Under the pieces are notes generated by a model. That model ran no database searches, was not told where the DNA came from, and saw only the letters and a program-made list of their open reading frames with translations. Shown piece after piece: positions 15,790 through 23,474 of a DNA stretch of 23,474 nucleotides. Position 1 is the stretch's first letter; every line of letters begins with the position of its first letter. The stretch covers positions 1 through 23,474 of the forward strand of contig JBHLLP010000053.1 in assembly GCA_048885525.1 (NCBI GenBank), given 5' to 3'. The position numbers and the translations under genes were made by a program. This DNA comes from Candidatus Hermodarchaeota archaeon. GTDB lineage: Archaea; Asgardarchaeota; Lokiarchaeia; Sigyniarchaeales; SOKP01.

Positions 15790-17841
15790 ATGAAAAATTT
15801 AAATACAAAATCGTTATTGGTTATTACGATTGTTCTTTCTTCAATTTTTACTATGCCTATGGCTGTTATGGGTGAAGAAAAAGATTACAATGATGTTTTC
15901 GAATTCAACCAGCTTGATGTAGGAATTTTTCAAGGGTTTATGGGAGGGTTTGGAGGAATTTTTAGTAATAACTTAGGATATGCGGGACAGATACTCGGAA
16001 CTATTTTTGAAACATTACTTACTCAAGGATTAGATATTAGTGCTTATGAAAAATTAAAGAATGTATATGTATTAAGTGCAAATAAATCTCAGACTTTCTC
16101 GGGTGTTAGAACCTTTGGTCCTGGAAATAATAAAGAATATTATTTTCTTCCAAATAATTATATTACTCCATCTAATGAGGGATTTGCGTATTGTGAGGTT
16201 ACTAAAGATGGTAGTTATGCTTATGAATTAGAAGTTGGTGCTGCAGTAACACTCGTTATTTGGGATAATGATAGATCTTTCATTGATGCAATAACCAGAC
16301 TATTGAATACTATCAGGAGAATTATGTATCGTATTTCTTTAGGGGAGGGTGTTCCAACTGATCTTATAAAGGAAGGACTTCATACCCTTATTTGGTTTTT
16401 AATTCATATAAATGATATATTTACTGGAGATGAATTATTTGTTTTAAATCCTATAACATGGCAGAAATTAAACATAACTCCAACAGGTTATACAGTTACT
16501 AAGGTATGGAAAATGTCGGGTTCTGATTATACTATTGATGTTAATGATACTCTAGTACCAGCTCCAGTATTAACAGCATGGAGTGATAACGCATCAACAT
16601 GGAATGATAGTTATATGCAATGGTTGTTAAATCCTATATCCCCAGGACCATTAGCTGAAACCATTTGGACTCAATTTTCTTTTGATTTAATTCAATTATG
16701 GATAAAGAATTTTGAGCTTCATATTGATGTTGCAGAAATAGTCAGCGCTGCACAGGGAGGTGGAGCACAAGCAATCGCTAGTGCTTTTGGAGGTTGTGAT
16801 ATTGAATTATACTTATTCACCCATCATTTAGCTGGAGCTTTCTTATATGATGATTCAATCATTAATGACCAAAAAATATCTGCTAGCTACGTGAATCTAA
16901 CTAATGACGTTGGAGAAACACTAACAGACGCATCTGGGGATCCAATTCAAATTCCTGATAGTTCTGAGCTCACTCACAGGCTTATTTTAGGTACTGTTGA
17001 GAATTTCATTTTCAAAAAACCAACGATTAATCCAAGTAATAGAAGTATTTCATGGGGATTAACATTAGAAAACGCTAATGTATCAGCAGTTCCTATTTTT
17101 GTCGATTTGGATTCATATTTAAAAACTCCAGAAGAAGAACTTGCGTTTATTTACTTTGGTTTTACATTCGAACCAACTGTAGATGATGAATTAAAAGTAG
17201 CAAGAGGAAATGTTAAATTAGACCAGTATTTTGCACCATGGAATGGTGGAGCTGGACCTAACGCACCTATAACAGGTTTAGATTTAGCGATTATTTATGT
17301 ATCGACTATATTACATTTCCATCTGAATGTAGGTTTAGAAGAAGTTCCTGATAGACCTAATGAGATGTTAAATCCAAATGAAGATTATGTTGAATCAACC
17401 CATGAATTGAAAGTAGGAAATTATATTGGCAGAAAAACAGGTCAAAAACTAGATTTTGTTGATATCGCAGGACGATATTATGAACTTGGTATGGATAGAT
17501 CTACAGCTACTAAGTATAATGCTAGTACAAATACCTTACCACTTATGTTATGGAAGTGGGAAATGGATAGACATGATACATTTACACTTGGAGATGAATC
17601 TACATCTCAAACATTTGCTTCAGAGATTAGAATTAAAACGGAATTTAATGTATTAGTATATGCAGTATGTTATCCCGAGTTTGATGGTTCTGGTCAAGGG
17701 GTTTGGCATGATCCTACGTTCTCAATTTATATGGTGTTTGAAGGAGAGGGTTTCTGGGCATTAATAGTTTTAATTGCTGGTGTTGGATTGGTAGGTGTAG
17801 CTACTATCTTGATCAAACGAAGAAAGGACCAAAGATTTTAA
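15790..17841 (+). CDS. Large secreted, C-terminally anchored surface protein with an HDP motif
   Basis: Signal peptide MKNLNTKSLLVITIVLSSIFTMPMAVMG, an acidic beta-rich ectodomain, YAVCYP...VWHDPTF just before the TM helix, and a KRRK tail. Confidence 0.8.
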   Translation: MKNLNTKSLLVITIVLSSIFTMPMAVMGEEKDYNDVFEFNQLDVGIFQGFMGGFGGIFSNNLGYAGQILGTIFETLLTQGLDISAYEKLKNVYVLSANKSQTFSGVRTFGPGNNKEYYFLPNNYITPSNEGFAYCEVTKDGSYAYELEVGAAVTLVIWDNDRSFIDAITRLLNTIRRIMYRISLGEGVPTDLIKEGLHTLIWFLIHINDIFTGDELFVLNPITWQKLNITPTGYTVTKVWKMSGSDYTIDVNDTLVPAPVLTAWSDNASTWNDSYMQWLLNPISPGPLAETIWTQFSFDLIQLWIKNFELHIDVAEIVSAAQGGGAQAIASAFGGCDIELYLFTHHLAGAFLYDDSIINDQKISASYVNLTNDVGETLTDASGDPIQIPDSSELTHRLILGTVENFIFKKPTINPSNRSISWGLTLENANVSAVPIFVDLDSYLKTPEEELAFIYFGFTFEPTVDDELKVARGNVKLDQYFAPWNGGAGPNAPITGLDLAIIYVSTILHFHLNVGLEEVPDRPNEMLNPNEDYVESTHELKVGNYIGRKTGQKLDFVDIAGRYYELGMDRSTATKYNASTNTLPLMLWKWEMDRHDTFTLGDESTSQTFASEIRIKTEFNVLVYAVCYPEFDGSGQGVWHDPTFSIYMVFEGEGFWALIVLIAGVGLVGVATILIKRRKDQRF

Positions 17842-17890
17842 ATTTAATTAATTTTTTACTCTTTTTTTATTCTTTTTTTACATTTTTCTG
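17842..17890 (+). terminator. Oligo-T archaeal terminator-like tract
   Basis: Several T6-T7 runs immediately after the stop codon. Similar tracts occur at 241-280, 1101-1142, 3003-3030 and 13352-13392. Confidence 0.5.
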
Positions 17891-18016
17891 GGCTTTTTGA
17901 TAGATTAAGATGATTTTTAAGCGAAAGTAGGTATTTTTTATGCTTTTAATTCTTACAAAGTTTTAAATTTTGAGAAATGTAAGTGACATAAAGAAAAGTT
18001 TTTAAATTCAAATTCT

Positions 18017-19816
18017 GTGAGTAAAAAAATGGCATTAAAAATGCAGAAACCATTTTATGTTAATGAAAACAAACGATGGTTTAAGAAGTGGTGGCCAGAA
18101 GGCGTTCCTTTTAATACAACATTTGAAGAAAAAACACTAAATGAATTACTAGATGAACAAGTTGATAAATATTCAAATGAAAACTTTATTTGGTTCTTAG
18201 ATACTTGGATTACTTATAAAAAGTTTCAAGGATATGTAAAGTCCTTTGCAACAGCTTTATCAGATTTAGGGATTAAAAAGGGTGATGTTATAGCTTTATT
18301 TATGCCTAACTGCCCTCAATATATAGTTGCGTATTTTGCTATCACTAGAATTGGTGCTATTGTGAGTGGAATTAATCCTACTTTTCAAGCCGTAGAGGTT
18401 CTCCACCAACTTGATATAATTAAGCCAAAAATGCTCATTGTATTAGATGCTTTATATAAAGCATCAATACAACCAATAATTCAAGATTCAACAATAGAAA
18501 TCGTTGTTTATACTAGTCTTACAGATTTAACAGAAATTAAGGGAGTAAAAAAAGCTATAGGTAAATTTGTTAAAAAAATACCTACAGGTAAAGTTGATTT
18601 CCCTGGTGCCCTCAAATATATTGAACTTGTAAAAACGAAGGAGAGGGTTCCAAAAGTTAATATTGATGTAAAAGAACATCCTGCTACATATATTATGACT
18701 GGTGGAACAACAGGCTTACCAAAAGCAGCAGTATTGACCCATTTTAACGTAGTATCAAATGCTAAACAATGTAAATTATGGTTAGGAGGTGAAAAACCAG
18801 GTATAGGAAATATTGGAATACTTCCCTTATTCCATAGTTTTGCTCATACCGTAGTTATGAATACGACTTTAGCAGTTGGAGGCTGGATAATGCTTTTTCC
18901 AACACCTCCATCGCAAGCTGAACTATGTCAACAAATCGAGATATTACCTTGTAAAGAAGGATTAATTTACGCTGGTACTGAAATATTGTTTAAAAGGCTT
19001 GCAGAACTCAAAAATCTAAAGAGGAGATTTCCTGGAGTAATGGGAAAGCTCATTTTATGTATTTCAAGTGCCGGACCATTACATAAACCAGTTCGGGATA
19101 GTTTTGTGGAAAATACAGGAGGTAGAATTGTAGAAGGATATGGTCTATCAGAAGCGGGTCCTGCTGTAAGTGCGGGAAATTTATTCGGACAAAGCCCAAT
19201 TGGAAGTATAGGAATGCCATTTACAGGAACAGAATGGGGGATTTGGCCTATTGACGACTTTAAAAAAGGACCAATATGTTTAGGAAATCCTGACGATACA
19301 AATTTTGGAATTGAGCATACTGGGGAGATTTGTATCTCTGGACCTCAAGTAATGTTAAAATATCTTGATAAACCCGATGAAACAAAAGAAACTTTATTTG
19401 AATATGAGGGCAAATTATGGCTCTTAACTGGAGATATTGGATTCATGAATGAAGATGGAACTATAGAAATAAGAGATAGGAAAAAGCAACTTATAAAATG
19501 TAAAGGCTATTCTGTATTCCCTAAAGAAGTAGAAGAATTATTAATGAAACATCCGGACATTACAGAGGTTGCTTGTGCAGGACTACCTGATGAAAATTAT
19601 GGTGAGATCATCAAAGCTTGGGTTGCTATAAAAGAAGATTGCGATTGTTCACCACAAAAAATAAAGGAATGGGCAAAAAACAATATGGCACATTATAAAG
19701 TTCCTCATAGTGTTGCAATTATTGGTGAATTACCTAAAAATTTGATAGGTAAGGTCCAGAGAAGAGCATTGCAAGAAGCTGATCCAATATGGAAAAAGAA
19801 ATATGGAAATAGCTAA
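18017..19816 (+). CDS. Long-chain fatty acid--CoA ligase (AMP-binding, FadD-like)
   Basis: YIMTGGTTGLPK P-loop, LPLFH, EGYGLSE, GEICISGPQVM, TGDIG, DRKKQLIK and PKNLIGK. The start could be ATG 18029 or 18041. Confidence 0.93.
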   Translation: MSKKMALKMQKPFYVNENKRWFKKWWPEGVPFNTTFEEKTLNELLDEQVDKYSNENFIWFLDTWITYKKFQGYVKSFATALSDLGIKKGDVIALFMPNCPQYIVAYFAITRIGAIVSGINPTFQAVEVLHQLDIIKPKMLIVLDALYKASIQPIIQDSTIEIVVYTSLTDLTEIKGVKKAIGKFVKKIPTGKVDFPGALKYIELVKTKERVPKVNIDVKEHPATYIMTGGTTGLPKAAVLTHFNVVSNAKQCKLWLGGEKPGIGNIGILPLFHSFAHTVVMNTTLAVGGWIMLFPTPPSQAELCQQIEILPCKEGLIYAGTEILFKRLAELKNLKRRFPGVMGKLILCISSAGPLHKPVRDSFVENTGGRIVEGYGLSEAGPAVSAGNLFGQSPIGSIGMPFTGTEWGIWPIDDFKKGPICLGNPDDTNFGIEHTGEICISGPQVMLKYLDKPDETKETLFEYEGKLWLLTGDIGFMNEDGTIEIRDRKKQLIKCKGYSVFPKEVEELLMKHPDITEVACAGLPDENYGEIIKAWVAIKEDCDCSPQKIKEWAKNNMAHYKVPHSVAIIGELPKNLIGKVQRRALQEADPIWKKKYGNS

Positions 19817-20097
19817 TAACTTATGGATATAATTGTTAAAAAGTAAATCAGATTCATATTTTATATATTTATTATTTTTAGATATCCAATGTCAAGTACT
19901 CTAATTAATAGAATTTATTTTAAAATGTGATAAAGAAAATAATTCAAAATATTTCAAAATATGGGGTTGTTGGATAGAAAGGTAAATAAAGCTAGAATTT
20001 CTAGTATAGTAGAATACAAATTTTATTAAGATTATTTGAATTTTTTAATAATATATTATTAGATAATAATTAATACAAATCAAAGAGTATTTTAATA

Positions 20098-21036
20098 TTG
20101 TCTGAAAAATCAGAAATAGAAAAGTTCTTAATAGAGAGCGCGAAATTAGAAGCTGTAGAAATTACAGATTCTGAACTTAAACTAGTAGATAACATTATTC
20201 TCGATTTTGCCCCAGAAATTGCTTATTTGTATCAAATTAGAGAAGATGAATCAGAAGAGCAACAAATAAAAACAGGGCGTCTTCACGAAAATCGTATCTT
20301 AGGTATTATATTGAAATTTTATCTAGAAGGAAAGAAAAAGATAACAACTGGGGAAGTTGAGGACGAGTATAAACGTTATTTTAAAGACATTGCTAGATCT
20401 ACAATTTCGACATATCTAAATATGCTGAAAAAAGAATCTATTTTATATAAAGAACGAGATGGGAGAATAGTATATTATATTTTCTATGAAGAACCCCCAG
20501 TAGGTATAAAACCTTTTTGGTTTACTCGAATCTTTTGTATAGTTCCAGCGTACTTTGATAGAGCAATAAATTTTTCTAATCTATATAATAACTCAAAAAA
20601 CTATGTACAACAATATATAAGGGAATTTGGTAGTGAAGAGAAAGATATTTTGCTTCGAAATTTTAAATTTATTACAGGGTTAATAATACTAAATATATTT
20701 AAAAATCGAGTTTCAAAATGTGTTCTTTGTCAATTTAGTAAGAGAGAAATCTATAACAAATTGAAAGAAATAATTAGTGTTGCAATAAAAGATAGATCTG
20801 ATGTATTACCAGAAGAATTATTAGAAGATCTAATTGAAAAATACTCTGAATTACCAATGTTTAATGGGATCGATATCAAAACTGAGGATATTGAAGGGGC
20901 TATAGTTAAAGAAATAAATAGATGTGCTGATGTGTACAAAAAAGATCTTGATTTTCAAATTATGGTATCTCTTAGAAGAAAAGATTTAAGGCTAAAGCAG
21001 AAATTGATATTAGAGGAACAGAGTGAAGATTCATAA
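20098..21036 (+). CDS. Winged helix-turn-helix (ArsR-like) protein with an unknown helical C-terminal domain
   Basis: ITTGEVEDEY....IARSTISTYLNMLKKESIL.KERDGRIVYY is a wHTH with wing. There is a CVLC motif in the C-terminal part. Confidence 0.75.
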   Translation: MSEKSEIEKFLIESAKLEAVEITDSELKLVDNIILDFAPEIAYLYQIREDESEEQQIKTGRLHENRILGIILKFYLEGKKKITTGEVEDEYKRYFKDIARSTISTYLNMLKKESILYKERDGRIVYYIFYEEPPVGIKPFWFTRIFCIVPAYFDRAINFSNLYNNSKNYVQQYIREFGSEEKDILLRNFKFITGLIILNIFKNRVSKCVLCQFSKREIYNKLKEIISVAIKDRSDVLPEELLEDLIEKYSELPMFNGIDIKTEDIEGAIVKEINRCADVYKKDLDFQIMVSLRRKDLRLKQKLILEEQSEDS

Positions 21037-21114
21037 TTTGAAGAATTATTATTAAATACTCTCTTTTTATCTATAATAAAGATTAATAATCGAGAAGGAT
21101 ACACTTTTTTTATT

Positions 21115-21645
21115 CTAAAGCAAATTAGACTTTTGCATCATTAATCGAGATAAAGCTTCAAATGTTTCTTCTACATTCTCACCGGTCTTCGAGCTACATT
21201 CTATAAAACCATCTACATTTCTAGATCTTGCGATATTAATACCTTCATCTCCTGTGACTTCACGATCATCTATAAGATCTGCTTTTCCTCCAACCACTAT
21301 TATAGGAAATTGATCTTCGAGTCTAAGTTCTTTTCTTATTACCATTAACCAATCGTCTATATGTGCGAGAGAACTATAATTAGTAACGTCATACATAAAT
21401 AATGCTCCATTAGATCCTCGTACGTAGGTGGGTAGTAAAAATCGAAATCGTTCTTCACCACCGAAATCCCAAATCTGAAGTTTAATTTTTTTACCGTTTA
21501 TATCAAGGCTTTTAACCTCAAAATCTACTCCTATTGTCATTTTTGAATCAGATTTAAATAAATTAGTTAAAAATCTTTGAGTTAAAGTAGTTTTTCCACA
21601 ACCAGCATCACCAAAAATTACGATTTTGTACGTCGCATCATACAT
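21115..21645 (-). CDS. Rab-like small GTPase
   Basis: G1 GDAGCGKT, G2 TIGVDF, G3 WDFGG, G4 GKAD and G5 CSSK. RabF-like motifs IGVDF, KLQIW, RFR, YVRG and MYDVT. Strong GGAGGGAGGT RBS upstream. Confidence 0.95.
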   Translation of the reverse strand: MYDATYKIVIFGDAGCGKTTLTQRFLTNLFKSDSKMTIGVDFEVKSLDINGKKIKLQIWDFGGEERFRFLLPTYVRGSNGALFMYDVTNYSSLAHIDDWLMVIRKELRLEDQFPIIVVGGKADLIDDREVTGDEGINIARSRNVDGFIECSSKTGENVEETFEALSRLMMQKSNLL

Positions 21646-21929
21646 TTGCTAAATACCTCCCTCCTTAAAGTACTTTATAAGTGACAATGATTTCATGTAT
21701 TTTGAAGTCATGTAAAGAGATTATTTGTTTTTTTGATTTAATCACATTTAAGATTTCTTTAATTAATATCTTTTTCTAAATATTTAAAATAATTTGATGT
21801 GTTATATTAAAAAGATTATAATATATGTTTAAAATTTTATGTCATTATAATTTATAGATTTGTCAATTAAAATCGTCTATATACTCAAGTTTAATCTTTT
21901 TATTCTAATTTAGCTAAATTACAACTATT

Positions 21930-23237
21930 ATGGTAAGAAAATTAGATTGGTCCAAATATTTTAAAATTGAACAGAGTAAGATTGAAACCATTAAAAATGC
22001 TATTGGCGTAAAAAAAATTTATGCTATGGGATTAATGCCCATTAGAGGACCAAAAGGTTTCAGAAAATTAGATTATGAATTCGCTGAAAGGGATTTAAAT
22101 GTAATTAAAATCATGAAACAACTTGAAGAAGCACATTTTAATACACTTGGAATTGTAATCAAAGATACAGATGGAGCTTGTACGTGGAATACAGAAGTAG
22201 GTTGGAATCCAACAGATCGAGATATCTTGGGAGAATTTTGCGATGTAGGAACTGAAACCAACATTAAAATAAACGTTTCATTTACAAGTATGAATGATGC
22301 TTACCAAGGGTATTTACACCCAGAAAGAGTAAGTGTTCATGGGAAAAGTGGAGAAAAGCATAGATTTACTTCCAAAGAAGGTGAAATTTCAACACATTTA
22401 GAGGGAGAAATGAGAGTAGAGTTACGCCAAGGAGTGTCTTTTGAAGAATATCAGAAAAAAATTCCATTTTTAACTGATCAAATTGATGAAAAAGTTGGTA
22501 AATCTCGAGATGCGCGAGGTAAAGGATACACTCCTCTAACAAGTTTTATGTGTCCTAATAGTGAGCATGTAAATTATTTATTAGACCTTGCTAAAGAAGT
22601 TGTAAAAAATTATCCTATTAAAGGCTTTTTTGCTGATTATATCAGATATGATGGAGCATTTACAGATTTGTGCACTTGCCACCGTTGTAAACAGAAATTC
22701 AGAGATAAATATGGGATTAAACCAAAATTATTAAAAAGTGATGAATGGTATGAATTTAAGGCTGACACTATCGCAAATTACGCTCAAAAACTCCATGATA
22801 CAATAAAGTCTATAAATAATACTTGTATTACTGGATGGTTTTGTCTCCCAGGGCCTAAGAAATTGTTTTCAAGAAAGAGACTGGGACAAGATTGGACTAA
22901 ATTATCTTCCATTCTGGATATTGTTTCACCTATGGAATATCCTTACTTAATGGGTACTAGAGATGATGGATGGTATTGGGGTAAGGTTGCTGATTTTTTC
23001 TATTGGTATTTTATTAGAAACATGAAAAAAAGAGCTAAGGAGTTTAGAGCTCCAGCTTTAACTGTTACTAATTCTGTAGAATGTAATGTTGATGAAATGC
23101 TCAAACAAATGAGAGGGTTTGATTTTGGGTTAGGAATTGCCGTATTTAAATATTTTGGGACTTCTGATGAACAGTGGAAAGCTTTAAAAAAGTATGCTGA
23201 AGAAGAAATTGGATTAGAAAATTTAAAGTTTACATAG
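21930..23237 (+). CDS. Putative glycoside hydrolase-like TIM barrel (GHL10/DUF187-like)
   Basis: FMCP.S..V.YL.DL.KEV..NY.I.G..ADYIRY, CTCHRC, GQDW and SPMEYP. No signal peptide. Confidence 0.75.
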   Translation: MVRKLDWSKYFKIEQSKIETIKNAIGVKKIYAMGLMPIRGPKGFRKLDYEFAERDLNVIKIMKQLEEAHFNTLGIVIKDTDGACTWNTEVGWNPTDRDILGEFCDVGTETNIKINVSFTSMNDAYQGYLHPERVSVHGKSGEKHRFTSKEGEISTHLEGEMRVELRQGVSFEEYQKKIPFLTDQIDEKVGKSRDARGKGYTPLTSFMCPNSEHVNYLLDLAKEVVKNYPIKGFFADYIRYDGAFTDLCTCHRCKQKFRDKYGIKPKLLKSDEWYEFKADTIANYAQKLHDTIKSINNTCITGWFCLPGPKKLFSRKRLGQDWTKLSSILDIVSPMEYPYLMGTRDDGWYWGKVADFFYWYFIRNMKKRAKEFRAPALTVTNSVECNVDEMLKQMRGFDFGLGIAVFKYFGTSDEQWKALKKYAEEEIGLENLKFT

Positions 23238-23246
23238 TACCACTGA

Positions 23247-23474
23247 TTAAATTTCCTTTACTGAGACACTTACGGCTGCATTGCAGACTATAATCTTATC
23301 CGAAGTATCTCCTAATTCTTTAATCAAAATACCTTGTGCTATTAAACCTCCTTTCACAACTTCTATAGATTTTTCACCATAAGGTACTGATTTCAAAATT
23401 TTTTTTCATTTACGTTTTCTGGATATGGTGCGCCAATTTTTATATGGACCTTCATTCTTAATAAATCATTTGGT
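23247..23474 (-). pseudogene. Lin0512-family protein, 3' part, frameshifted at an A8 run
   Basis: Not in the ORF track. PNDLLRMKVHIKIGAPYPENVNEKK stops at TGA, but the -1 frame continues ILKSVPYGEKSIEVVKGG...LGDTSDKIIVCNAAVSVSVKEI-TAA. The PYG, GG and NAAV.V motifs are typical of Lin0512. Confidence 0.75.

Noticed and set aside
389-22264. Short overlapping ORFs in the track (389-574, 644-904, 1647-1937, 3584-3835, 7668-7892, 9155-9610, 11066-11281, 11852-12172, 12980-13328, 13536-13772, 14043-14306, 14444-15109, 17456-17656, 20751-20939, 22073-22264)
   Set aside because: They are antisense or off-frame shadows of well-supported longer genes and have no recognisable motifs.
15474-23237. Genome-wide TAG reassignment
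   Set aside because: TAG ends three genes (15476, 21115, 23237) at natural-looking C-termini, followed only by short non-protein-like extensions.
1-23474. tRNA, rRNA, transposases, integrases
   Set aside because: No GC-rich structured intergenic island of suitable size and no recombinase motifs were seen.

Overview
Very AT-rich archaeal chromosomal segment, almost certainly from a Lokiarchaeia (Asgard) genome, because 11590-11991 is a recognisable Loki-type profilin. In order it holds: the C-terminal end of a Loki-CTERM-type surface protein; a 46-aa-period TPR protein; a corrinoid protein plus URO-D-fold methyltransferase pair; a small two-helix membrane ORF interrupted by an in-frame TAG; two tandem paralogous beta-propeller surface proteins that share an 80-bp upstream element; a cluster of eukaryotic-signature genes (soluble longin, stand-alone 7TM protein, polytopic membrane protein fused to a longin domain, HDAC-family deacetylase, profilin); a 'headless' FtsX/LolD-type ABC pair followed by two membrane proteins and a large anchored surface protein; an acyl-CoA ligase; a winged-helix regulator; a Rab-like GTPase; a GHL10-like TIM-barrel hydrolase; and a frameshifted Lin0512-family fragment. 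The best candidate for an undescribed system is the 7TM / membrane-longin / longin / HDAC / profilin / ABC neighbourhood. I saw no rRNA, tRNA, CRISPR array or transposase. All family calls come from motif recognition by eye, not from database searches.
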